From assembly GCA_051530055.1 (NCBI GenBank), contig CM121343.1:342389-406388 (forward strand): a stretch of 64,000 nucleotides of DNA. The letters run 5' to 3'. Both the position numbers and the translations under genes were made by a program. Below the pieces are notes generated by a model, which was not told where the DNA came from, made no database searches, and saw only the letters and a list, made by a program, of their open reading frames with translations. How positions within the stretch are numbered: the first letter of the stretch is position 1; every line of letters begins with the position of its first letter. This DNA is from Neoechinorhynchus agilis. Lineage: Eukaryota; Animalia; Acanthocephala. This document shows positions 38,499 to 51,299 of the stretch, piece by piece.

Positions 38499-40431
38499 CG
38501 AATGGGGAAACCGAGTCAGAGCGTGAATCGAAATTAGAAGAGAATTCAAGTTCTTTGCCGAGTATCACGATTGAGACTATCGATAACGACTTTGAGAACC
38601 CAATAAAAGAATTTGCGACCCAACCTTAAATACGCAAATGTTACTCATAACTAACGGTCATGACGTCATACCAATAACCTTCAGGAAATGCTTCCATTCT
38701 CGACAGAGATCGATGCGTGAAATTGCCGATAGTTGGCAATATCGGCATAAGCGGTTCCTATCGCGGTCTTCCCGACTGATGCTTACGTAAGTCTAAATAA
38801 TCCCCAGCTAAAATAGTAAGCTTCGTATAAGATTACGGTTCCGAAATATCAGAATCAATAAATTCCTTTAATTTTTTCGCCGTGTGAAAGCAATACCCTA
38901 CGTCTGAACGCTGATTGACTAGAGTATGAAAGCAATCGAATCTGATTGGTGGTTAATGAAGAAGGACCATTTGATGAAATCATTGCTGATTACAGATTGG
39001 GCCGGAACAAATCGTCGGTTCCTTCTCTTGATTGTTAGGAAAATTGTATATGATTGATTTGAAGAGATCTTCGACAAATTTCTCCATCTACATTTCCTTA
39101 AGAACCATTTATGATGCTGATGAAGAAAACTTCTTTGTTTTTTGCGGTGGATAATCGTAGTTCAAAATTGGACGTGGATTTGTTTTCTCTTGATTTGGTT
39201 TTCTTTAAAAGTCATCGGTACGTCCTATGTAAAGAAACCCAAAGTGTTCAGATTGATGGAATGTCTTTTATGATTCACATTCGTGATTACTTCAAACACT
39301 TTGATCCAATGGAAATGCGATTTTACTTCTGTCCGAAGTTCTGGCTCTTAATCTTGATTTTTTACTAAACCAGCGAAAACGTTTATAGACATTTTTATTC
39401 TTTAACATTTTCTCTTATTATTTTTACGAAAAGTGAAAAACCACTCTTAAATTTGGTTTTTATTTAGCGAGAAAATGGATCGATCAAGCGCAAGCACCGG
39501 ATTTCCGATCGGAAAAAGTGTAAAACATACTAAAAAAAGAAAATCAGGATAGGATTTGGAGTGCGGATATCGGATTGATCGGTGCGATATGGTGCCAACT
39601 GAAATGTGCCAGCTTATTTTGACGCTAATTGGCGTTCAAAATTGGAAGCGTGGATCGCGCTGATTAATTTTGTGCAACTTTAGACGAGATCTTGAACTTT
39701 AATCACGAGAAAATTACAAAAATATGCTGATGGTATACTCGTCAGAATTTGACTGCACCATCTACAAAAAACAAAGATAAAATTTAAAATTTCGACATGG
39801 AATCCGTGGAAACTACTACAAATACCTGGAATTCCCCAGCATTATTTCTCTTTAGAGAGCTTTCGAATCTCTCGTTTGGTTCCTGTATAAAATGAATGTG
39901 ATCTCCGTTATGTTTCATTTTTGAAATGTTTTTATACTAACGAGTTGAATATCGTATGGGGAGCTTCTTTTATTTTCAGTTAGATGCAATTCACCCCTAA
40001 AAACCAAAGTGAATAATGAGTTCATTTTAAAATGCACTTCAGCACAAGTGTTTCAAAGTTTGTGCTATTATTCACGGCTTTCGTGTCAAGTTGTGGCTCC
40101 CTGGATTCGCCGGATGAATGCGTTTAAAAAAGTATTGCTTCCAAACGCATCGAACATCCATTTCGTTTCTGAATCAATGTTAGCCCCTTCACCGTGCTTT
40201 TTGCAATTGTGAAACTCAAGGTTAGTGAATTTCGACCCAGCTTATGGATCAGTTCAATCTAGCCATACAATTCGTGTTGCTTGTACGAATTATCCAGTTG
40301 AATTGAAAGTAGCATACTATTCTCATTTCTACTCTTGCTATAGGATCTTAAAGATTCGATTTTTTATCATATTTAGCCATAAAATTTACCAAATTTACGA
40401 ATTTTTTAAATTTTTTCGTTAAGTTTTATAC

Positions 40432-40644
40432 CGTAGGCAATTTATAATAGTTCCGATGGGAACGGATAAACATTTTGGTACTCCATTGCCTCGAAAATGC
40501 ATTCCCTTTTTGATTCTCCGATAAAAATAGTTGGCTGCACAGGGTGTTATGGCGACCAACCATTTTCCAACCTTCGTTAAGAATACCGCGTTGCTTGGTA
40601 CGACGGCACCAATTGTCTCGAATTCGTTAAAGTACACGAAATCG
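40432..40644 (-). CDS. Candidate isolated exon of an unidentified gene
   Basis: 213-nt stop-free segment (DFVYFNEFETIGAV...IINCLR) bounded by TTTTAG and GTATAA, phase 2 at both ends. No homology recognised. Confidence 0.3.
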
Positions 40645-41179
40645 CTAAAACGTTCTTTTTTTTACAAATGAACTGATTTTGGAGTCGTAGAAATTATTTG
40701 CAAACCCGAACGGTACGTTTAGTATCTCCATCGTTTAAATCAGAGCCATGGACCTTAACGACATTTGTCAGCTAAAAGACAATCACCAGAAAAAATGAGG
40801 CAGCAAATTTGGACTATGTATCTGTTAAACACAATCTAAAATTCGCCGAACTTTTCCCGATAAAAATTGCTTATTTTATTCGCTTCTAATAAAGATGTCC
40901 GCAATAATAACTTACGTTTGTAATCTTTTCTTTATCGAGTCAAATTATATTTTATTTCGAACGATTTCTGACAATATTGAAATTTCAAAGCACAGAAAAT
41001 GAAATAGAACATTGAAAAAAGGTGAAATAAAGATTTAAATGCCCTTGTAAGTATATCTTAGCACCAAAATGTGAGTCTTGAAAAGACTGATTAAATCTGG
41101 ATATTGGAAATGTGTCTTGCTAAACTAGGATCAAAATTTTCAGAAATAAAAAACCCAGGTAATAGGATTTTTTCATTAA

Positions 41180-41994
41180 GAATTGCATTCGGATCGCTAG
41201 ATAATTTTTATTTGGGTCGTTTGTCAAAACCCGAGAGGAATCATTATAGAAAAATGTATACATTTCGACTGATTGTACCAGTCATTTGATCAATTCTATT
41301 GTTTGAAAGTTTTGTCAAGTGTGTTCACCTTAATTGACAAAACTTTCAAACAATAGAATTGATAAAATGACTGATACAATCAGTTGAAATGTATACATTC
41401 GTTTTTAATGATTCCATTCGGGTGTTGACAAGCGATCTAAATAACAACCTCGGAATTAAATTGACTAATGTGATAATTCCGACATTTCCCCAAGGTTTGT
41501 AATTGTTTACAACTTGTAACTTCCAATACAAACAATGACAAACCTTGGGGAAATGTCGGAATTATCAGATTCGCCAATTCAATTCCAGGGTTGTTATTTG
41601 GGCCGTTTGTCAAAACTCGAGAGGATCAATATAGAAAAACGTAAACATTTCGACCTGAAAAAATGACCGATACAAGCAATCGAAATGTTTACATTCGTCT
41701 TTAATGATTCCATTCGGGTGTTGACAAGCGATCTAAATAACAACCCCGGATTTAAATTGGCTAATCTGACAATTCCGACATTTCCCCAAGGTTTGTCATT
41801 GTTTATATTGCAAATTACAAGTTGTAAACAATTGCAAACCTTGGGGAAATGTCGGAATTATCAGATTCGCCAATTTAATTCCGGGGTTGTTATTTGAGTC
41901 GTTTGTCAAAACTCGAGAGGAATCATTATAGAAAAACTTATACATTTCGACTGATTGTATCGGTCATTTTATCAATTCTACTGTTTGAAAGTTT
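41180..41994. mobile_element. Foldback / serial-palindrome repeat with arms in alternating orientation and four apices
   Basis: Apex ~41326 with a 30-bp perfect stem (atcaattctattgtttgaaagttttgtcaa). Further apices at ~41520, ~41655 (deleted) and ~41815. A second copy lies at the window end. Confidence 0.8.
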
Positions 41995-44481
41995 CTACGA
42001 CGTGATCGGTTTTGTGAGTGAGTCAAAAATGTTTATTTTCAAACCATGATAGAAGTTAAGAGCAGTGTAGATTACATCGAGCAACATTTATCAACATGCG
42101 AAGTGTTAATAAAATGGTAGCGATTTTTAGAAAACTTCGTTAAACATTTTCAAGTTAACGGTTTTAACAGTGGTGCTTTTCTATTTTACGAATTGCAAGA
42201 GTTACCACTAAGTCCAACAAACACTGCATGAATAATTATGATGGTTTAGAATCTTTGAATTCGACTATGGGCAATATTCGTGACACTTATGTTAGCAATA
42301 AATTTAGAATTATGTTATCCTTAGCAATCGTGATTCCAATTCCACAAACAATAATTTAGCGTTCGATTTTTCCGAAATGAATCTGAAATGAAAGTTTCGT
42401 TTTCTTTGAATTCTCCGCTACTGTTTGTGACTGACACTGTTTTAACCTAATGCGTTAGTCGGCTTATGTAATGTGAATGATATCTAGGAATTTAAAGTGT
42501 TTTTTATAGATTAATTTATTAAACGTTCATCATTTTAACTAGTAGGAAAAAATTACGCAATTAAATTCATTATTTTGCGGATCATTTTCTTCAGATTTTA
42601 AAGGTATCATTTTTGGTCGCACATTTTAAAGCAATTTTAATTCTCACACAGAGATGCAAATGTTTTGAAATCATTTATAATGTTATCAGTAATTTATTAA
42701 AAGTAGTTGACTACCATAAAAAACTGCCTCAATTTCGAATTGATAAGTCACCTTTAAAACTTACAAATTCGTTTTAATTGCGGTAAACGTACAGACAATG
42801 CATTTGCCCAACACCATAATTCCTTCAATCATCGTCCATATGATTATTTATCCATTTTTTTCCTCAAAGATTTGCGATCCATCAATTTTAAATATTTCTA
42901 TTCATTTTTTTCCTTTTGAACTTTATTTTAAGCCATAAGATCATTCACACCACCGTTCTGGATCACTCAGTTGACGTTTTGATTTATACGTTCTAAAGGA
43001 CGGATTCAACGTTCCCTCCCGTTCCACAGCCAGACTTTCCTGATCTCGCCCACGCAAGTAAAACTCTCTTTCGATTTAAATCGCTAACTTTTTTACGTGA
43101 TTAAAAATCAGTGCATAAAATCACTGATATTTATAGTAAAAAAATTTTCCGACTAATCGTTTTTTATAGATACTTCAATACTTTGTGGAAGGCACATTGA
43201 AACAAAATTGAGAATTTTCGAAACTTGCGGCTCTTGAGTTTGTAGATTGGTTTCGGATTTTTTCGGACCTGATGTATTTAAAAGTTTGCAATTATTTTTA
43301 AAGGAGGCAAAAGTATTTCTCCATGAGTTCAGAAAAAAGTTGCATTCCGTCCTTGTCTGTGTTGTATTATTACATTTTAATATAAACGTTTGCTATGACC
43401 GAATTCGATGATGAATTGTTTCCATTAAGAAATGCGAATATATCCAATATCCAAGAAGGCGGGATCATTGAGCACGAGGATCAAAAATTCTACAATTGAC
43501 TAACTGAATTTGTAAATGGGATATTAAGTTTAACTCGGTATATGTGTATGTGGAATTCACGAAGCATTCGTTAACAATGCGATTCATGTTTGAATATCAC
43601 TAAAACGATCTAGTGTTTCATGATAATAGTCAGTAATGCGATTCTATGGCACTGCTTTCGTTACTAGATTGTTGTCTGCTAAATCCAAGTTAATTATTCG
43701 AATGTCGCAGTAGGTGTGTGACTGATGAAGTGTTCCATATTTGGGCAGCAGAGTTACTTTCTACCATTTTATGGTAATAGGTCTTTGAAAGAGCAGTGAA
43801 ATTCCTCTTTACTGAAGGGCAGATTGTTCCAGCGCCGCCGCCTTAGTTAAATCTAACAAATGCCACATAGAAACGTCTTCTTGCAGATATATATTTTGTA
43901 AAGTTTATTTCCGTAAAAAAATTACTCATTACGAGCGGTGTTAGGCAATTGTTTAACATTTACTTCTCACTAAACGGCATTCATTTATGCGCGAAATAGT
44001 ATTCATATCATTCGGTCGACTTCATTCATACTCTCTACTTTTTACAGAATTGCCTAGTTCCCCTTTTTTCATAAAGGTTGGACCTCCTTTACCTTTAGTC
44101 ACCAATGCAAATATATACGCACTTGAGATAATCAAAGTACTCACGATGGCTTCTTTGGTTTGCTCAAAGCTCAATTTAAATACTCTCGAAACACTATACT
44201 GTGCTTCCATGAATGCATATTCAATCAGGTGGAACCGTCATTTTGTTTCATATTTCACTCAACATGATCGAATCCTTGGAGATCTTATGTTCTCCTTGGT
44301 AATTTACAGTCTTATCCCCTCCGCTATCACACTCGCGCACGAACGATTGCAATCTATTTAATCTTCAACAAAGCTGTTCACAAAAATTTGTCCGCCATTT
44401 AAGATATCGATCACCGTAAATGCTATCATTTAAAAACGTCAATTCCACTGACCCAACGAATATCGAATACGGTCGTTCAAT

Positions 44482-45790
44482 ATGGACTACACGAGCCATG
44501 TAACTACATTTAAGTTCTGGCATGGGATTGTATCGGTGATTATCTGTATGATAGGTATAATGTCAAACTGCGTAAATGTTGTAATTTTATTTTTTATACG
44601 AATGCAAAACTTTACAAATCACATTCTAATATCCATAGCTTTCGCTGATCTGCTCACAATGATAGCTTATGTTCCATTTGCGGTCAAATTTTATCTTACT
44701 CTACCAATCAGAAGGCCCGAGTATGTGAGTGGCGAAGAGCAGGATGCTCAGCATAACAAAACTCCATCGGTGTATGATGCCATTCACACTTGTCTGACGA
44801 TGACATTCCACTGTTGGGCATCTTGGCTTAAAGTAGATACCTTTATTTGGGAATTTAAATCAAAGGTCTCTGCTCAGTACGATATATCTGGCAGTGAGTA
44901 GGGTGCGTACTTTACATCGAAAACGGATCACAATGTTCGGTAATCTAACAGTTATCGCCGTCATATTTATCTGGGGAGCAATTCTTTGCCTTCCGGTATA
45001 TCTAATATTGGCATTATGTAATAGCTTCCAATCTTCAGTATTCAATATCAGTGTTTCCGACTTATTATACGGTACGACCAAGCGTTGGAACAGGAGAGAT
45101 CTCTGCTCACTTGGCTATAAACTCACCTTCTTACAGCAGGCATTATTTGTCCGCTTCTGTCCGTGTGCTCTTTTGATAGTTTTCAGTCTTTCTCTAATGA
45201 GATCACTTGCTTCGGCCAAAAAAAGACTTAAACGAATGGCTGGCCTAGGCAAGTTTGATAAAATGAAAAAAATTCGCAAACATACAAAAACAACGTGGCT
45301 AATGTTAAGCGTTTCTCTACTATTTCTAAGTGCGGAGTTGCCCAATGGAATCTTGACGCTTTTGTCAATTGTATGGCAAAACTTCTACAAACGGGTCTAC
45401 ATGGCATTCGGCGACGTCCTTGATATGATCACACTCATCAGCAGCAGTGCCAATTTCTTTATCTATTGTGTTATGATTCAGGAATTCAGACGAATTGCTT
45501 TCTGCGTTCATAGCACAAGGTTCACTAAACGAACGTTTTTACACACAAATTCCAACGCAACATCGACGGTAAACATTGCGAAGGAAACCGGACGTTCGGA
45601 TCAGGAATTCATACCTTCCCCACGATTACCGGCTATAATTTCCACAGAAGTGACTTGTGGATCTCGACAGCCGTCTCAGCAATTAAAAACAATTCGAAAA
45701 ATACCTTCAAGATGCAATAGCTGGAACTGCGAACGTATGATTAGCCTTGCGGAAATCAAAAAGCCAAAGAACCAGTCTTGTACAATTTGA
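44482..45790 (+). CDS. Class A peptide GPCR of the myosuppressin/dmsR/sex-peptide-receptor-like group; frame break at ~44817-44883
   Basis: HGIVSVIICMIG..N..N; N.IL..IA.ADLL.M..Y.PF; YLAVSR (DRY equivalent); PCALL; LFLSAELPNGIL; GDVLD...SSANFFIYC...FRR. Confidence 0.85.
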
Positions 45791-46079
45791 TCTGTGATTT
45801 TGATATTATTCGTTTTTACGTGTATAAATTATCACACCCTACGCAGCATATCCGAAACCCAAACTGGACTCTTCGCTACATCATCCCCGAACTCATATAC
45901 CATCTTAACCTCATTATAAATTGCAGCCTTTTATGTGGCATTCATCGATCGTGTCTGAAAACTGCTAAAGTGATCCTTGTTCCAAAATAGGACATCCTAT
46001 TTCCACCGAATTATTCTGTTCAATATCCATTCCGCCCACTCTTCCAAAAATTACCGAAAAATGTTTTAAATCTCGCATT

Positions 46080-47110
46080 TTTCCATTTCTCAACAACAAA
46101 TTATCGCCCCTACAATTTGGCTTCCGGCCCAGGTTTTCTGCAACCGATACCCTACCTTGCACCCGTCTCATTCAGCTGGACTTTTCCAGGCCTGTTCCGA
46201 TTTCGGTCTAAACGCTTGGCATATCCACTGGCTGACCTCCAATCTTTAAAATCACTAACAATACATTCATTGCCGGGCTACCTCCTCGGTCAACAATGGA
46301 GTACATCAAGGTGCCTTCCTGTCACCACATCTTTTTCATATTTTCTTAAACAAACTTAAACCTCGTTCGTCTCACTCTAAACCCTCCCTTTTCTTAGCCT
46401 CTAAAGAAATCACACATAACCGTACGGTCTTGGGGAATCGAGCGCAGACCAGCGCTTCCCAGACCAAAATCGGTGGACTGACTGTCCATTCGGCCGTGTA
46501 TGGAGAGAAAAATCTATCAAAAGACTACCGGCTGAGCCACATAAAAATTCTAAAAAAGCTTCTAGCTGATCCCCTCTTTCTCCCGCAACCCCACATCGGC
46601 TCCTGAGCTTCTAAATGACATCCTACGAGTTGCCTCCCTAAGAATTCCGGGTATCCAATTTTAATCAAATTTGAATTGGGACTCGCACATCACTTTCTCC
46701 CTCAAACACAACTCTTAAAATTTATCTCCTCAAACGCCTCCGACATTTAGGAATCCCTTCACTCGACCTCTACAAATTTTACTTCTTCTTTATCTTACCC
46801 TCCCTCACCTACGGTTACCCCGTATTTTACTACCTTTCCAAATCGCTAATCTACCGTCTTGAAATTCTTCACAAAAGAGCATCTAAAATTTGCACAACTT
46901 ACTTTCCCCTTCTCACCGAATGATTTGATGCTATTTTCATAAAACAATCAAAACGCCTATCAACCCTACCACCACCACCACAATTTCGTTTACATATCGC
47001 CCCATTTTCACGCGAGCACAACACTCGTTATCCTAATTCGTTTCACCCTCCAATACCTCGCACCTCACTATATCGACGCTCCTTTCTCCATGCTGCTAAT
47101 CTTCTCGGAT
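46080..47110 (+). mobile_element. Degraded L2/CR1-group LINE (reverse transcriptase and C-terminal region)
   Basis: LSPLQFGFRP, QLDFS, NLNWDSHI, IYLLKRLRHLG...FY...ILPSLTYGYPV...LEILHKRA. The sense strand is strongly C-rich. Confidence 0.75.
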
Positions 47111-49729
47111 ATCATAAACTGAATTGAACGTCAGGAAAGACCCAAAACCCTACTACACAAGTTCCCGTTCCACTGAACCCGGCATCCACACCAAAATTTA
47201 TAACATCTTTCAAAAAGCCTACAAATTGTTTATGGTCGTGTGTTCCCGAGGAACTTGAGTTATATGGTTCCTGAGTCACATTTACACACAAAATTATTGA
47301 GACTTCAAACGGAATACTTCACATTCCTAAACATTAAAAACCAATTCCCCCCCCTGAGTAATTTACTTTTAACCTTTTTTGCTTTCGATTCGAAGACGGT
47401 GACAATTAACAAGTTTTGGAATTTATTTTGTCTCTTTATGCACTTAAAAAGAAATGCAGATTAAAGATGGTTTCACTGTTTGTGATTATTGACGATGAAA
47501 CGCGACATCTATTGATGGATTTCACTTAATCTGAAAAATATTATAGTAGATGTTCACGTATTCTATTTTGGTTGTCTGCTTTTTTAATCAATATTCGAAT
47601 GTGCATAATCTTTATACTTTACTGCAACATTAACCAATTGTAGTCGTATTGATTATAATCTCGAATAAATCATATTTTCTTGATTCTCTTATGTCTACTG
47701 GCAAGCTGGTTAGGGATGGTCCAGCATTTAATTAATATAACCGGCTGGCCGGTAGACATAAGAGAATTGAAAAGTACTTACCCCTAAGGTATAAAACTGG
47801 CTGACTTTGTACATTCCATAGTTGTCGAGGAAGTCTAGTAAAATTGAGCTCCTATACCCTGTTTCACGGCCAAATGGTTCAAATCCACGATCGCCGATGA
47901 CTCACAACCAAACATAATAAAATACCGTTGAATGGAGGATGCTCACGGATGAGTCCCGCCTCCTCGGGAGGTATCTGACAATCCGGACTTGGATGCATGC
48001 AAACTTATAACGGTATGTTTTTGAGAGTCTAAGTGTGATTCAATCACTTTCCTGGTCCAAGATATTAGTTGGCTGTGTGCCTAAAGGAAAAAGCCGAGTA
48101 AGGGATGGCCCAACACTTAATATTTTATTGAATTAAAATATTTCGCTTACTTGTAATTCCCCTGCAAACAATAACTGATTATTCGTTGCTTCCTCGCGAA
48201 ATATTTCAATTAAATAAAATATATTTTATCCAGTATTATGATCACCACAACTAAAATTCTATCACCTTTTGGATTTTCTCTCGATGATTAGTCAAATGCA
48301 CATTGAAAATTAAGAAATTTGGGTTCCAGAAAGTTTAAGTTAACGAAGTCCGACGAGATCGACGAAATATCGAGAACAATTAATCAGTCTCTATTTTTCT
48401 TATCACCAAAGAACGTAGAAATTTTAAGACCTGAAACGGTACGTCTTTCGCCTGTTCAAATTCGCCACTGACCGTATCCGCATCACTTCACTATTTATTT
48501 TGTTTAGATTCATATTCGCACATCTCCTTGGCTTTTCTATCACCAGGATCGTGGCACATATTTCTTTTTTTCTTCAAGGCAAATTCACTTAAAACTACTG
48601 TTCGCACTAAGCATTGCGTTTTAGATGTTCGTTTTATTAATAAAAAAATTCCGTGAAGCTACGTTAAATCAAAGGACGTATTTTCAAAAATAAAGATGAA
48701 ATGTACTTTATTTAAAGAAATATATCCAAATAGTTATGATTTTGTCAGCGTAATACAAAATATTTGCCACACTTCGGATAAATCAGCGAAATACGCGCAA
48801 ATCATAAGTTTACTTCTCACACATAAATTACTTAAACTCAGATCAACGAATTTTGCTGCCAATTTAACCGTTGAAAAAAATGTCAACGTTCCCACTTACG
48901 TCCTGTCATCGTCCAATATCATTGTTTACTGGTAATCTATCCTAGTAATAAATTGAGTTTTATTGAAGACGTTCTACTCTTCTTATAAACCGATTTTCAT
49001 CTTTTTCACTTAGGAAGTGAGTTAATCTGGAGATTTAAACCAATAAAGCTATAATGGAACAAAATCTCAATTTTGGGAGGATTGGAGTGGATTTCACATT
49101 AATTGATTCAGTTTGGTTTCTGTTTTTAAAGGTCTGTCAAAAGCAATGAATATAGCTAAGAATAACAATCAAAGGTTTCGGTTCGTGACTTTTAAATGCG
49201 CTTAATCTCGGTATCTCGATAAATCCGAAATGTAAAAATCGTGAGACCGTCAGGATTTGCGAGAAAAGGTCTTAATGAGTAAAGTGTTTAAAAGTGAGCC
49301 AAAGCAGTAATCAGGTTTTATCAAAGAAAAATGCGCTCATGCTGTTTGTCCAAATCTCTACAACGAGTGAAATTGCCAATAAAATGTAAGATAGGAAGTA
49401 GAAAGATGCCTTTTGCGCTAGTCAATCATTAACGTGGACTATGTCGTCCACCGAGAAAATGAAAACCCAAAATGAAGCGCAAGATATTAGCGATCATAAG
49501 CTCTTCTTGAAATCGCATCTGCCTGTAGCATCTTTGAGAGATTCATTGGAGAGAAACAATTGCCTAATTCCCAGAATTAATAATCCTTGGAAGATTGCGA
49601 GACGCACGCAGTGATTTAATTTGAAGCGGCTGATACAAAAAATGTAAAATTCGAGAAATAGAGAGTATTATAAATCATCTCACGTTTTTCTAATTTTTTG
49701 TCTTAGGCTTTAAGTCGCCAGGAGAATAA

Positions 49730-51150
49730 AATTGTTTCCGAAATGCGTGCCGATATCGGACTATTCCTGAGAACGGACGAATGCGAAATCATTTCGGACG
49801 ACCAAGAGGATGGATGCATCGAGACTGCTCACCGTACTACCCGGAGCAAAGACAACTGCAACCGACTAAGCTGACATTCTCGGGTCTCCAATCGGTAACC
49901 TGTCGAACCTGGAAACGTTCCTCTCAAAAACCATCGATTAATTACGGCTCACTGCCTTCAGGCTCTTGCACATCGCGCGACACGACGCTCTGTTCATATT
50001 ATCACGATGTCTGTCGCTACCGAAGATTGCGTACCTTCTGAGGACTTCTCCATGCTTCAAGTCAGTGCTCACCAGGGATTTCGACAACTGCGTTCGATCA
50101 ACCCTGTCAGAAGTACTTAACCTACGTCTGTCTGGCACAGCATGGAAACAGGCGATCCTTCCCATTCGATTCGGTGGTCCCTGGCATTCAGAGTGCCACC
50201 GAAGTAGCAATTCCTGCCTTTTCGTCGTCGATCTCGGTCTCTTCAGACCTGGTGCTGAGAATCATCCCACCACACACTCGACACGAGTCACATCCACCGC
50301 CTGAACTGATTGAAGCGCACGCTCAATAGACGTCAGTGTTCGGGCAGGTCGTTCCAACAGAAACAAACTCCCAAAAACGTTGGACTACGTTGCTCCACAC
50401 TGCGTATTATCAGCAGCTTCTTAACTCATGTTCATCTCCCAACGATAGAGCTCGTCTCTTGGCAGTCTCAGCTACACACTCCAGAGACTTTTTGAAGGCT
50501 TTCCCAGTCACATCTGTTGGCACGAGGCTGGATGACCAAGCCATCACCGTCGCTGTGGGACTTCGGTTGGGCATCGAATTCTCAGGCTCATATACGTGTC
50601 GGTGCGGTGAGACAGTGAACGGATCGGGAACTCACGGCCTTTACTGCAAGCGTTCAAATGCTCGCCACGCACGGCACTCAGCAGTCAACCGCATAATCAG
50701 GGAAGCGCTCTCAACGGCCGGTTTTCCAGCTCGACTCGAACCAGTTGGACTCCCGGAACGACGGTAAACGCCCTGATGGAGCGACTCTCCTCCCATGGTG
50801 CTCCGGGAAAATACTGGTTTGGGATTTTACCTGCCCCAACACGCTCGCAGCATCCCAGTTACGGGATGCCACCTCAAAGGCGGGAGCAGTCGCCAGCTTC
50901 AGCGAGGAAAAGAAACGGCAGAAGTACTCCTCGCTCGATGGGCATCAATATATTTTCATCCCGATTGCGGTGGACACGCTGGGATGTCTCGGCAAAGAAG
51001 CCGATTATTTCCTCTCACGACTGGGAGGGATGCTAAAACATGCCACCGGCGATATGCGATCCAGCAGCTTCCTGTTGCAGCGAATCAGCGCGGCAATGCC
51101 GCGGCCATCAAGGAAGCTGCCGAACAAACATAACATTTGAAGAAAACGAA
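49730..51150 (+). mobile_element. CRE-clade non-LTR retrotransposon, 3' portion (RT thumb, CCHC zinc finger, RLE endonuclease), frameshifted
   Basis: SLPKIAYLLRTSPC; WKQAILPIRFGG; DRARLLAVS; CRC...H...C; RHARH; KRPDG...WDFTC...EEKKRQKY; QRGNAA. Confidence 0.9.
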
Positions 51151-51299
51151 ACTATGTTCATTCATAGAATTTATAGTGTGCGTGATTTTATCATTAAAAA
51201 TATACCCAATTTTGGCGAACATATGAAAAAATTCAAGATTTTTATTTTGCATATTTTAGGTTTTAAGGTTTCACCACGAGAATATTGTTTAATTGTTGA

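Noticed and set aside
43987-44361. 124-aa ORF upstream of the GPCR
   Set aside because: No recognisable domain, and the GPCR has its own ATG before TM1. It cannot be supported without expression data.
47707-48125. Weak direct repeat (agggatgg.cca.ca.ttaat) ~390 bp apart, considered as LTR ends
   Set aside because: Only ~20 bp of imperfect match, with no TG..CA termini, PBS or coding remnant.
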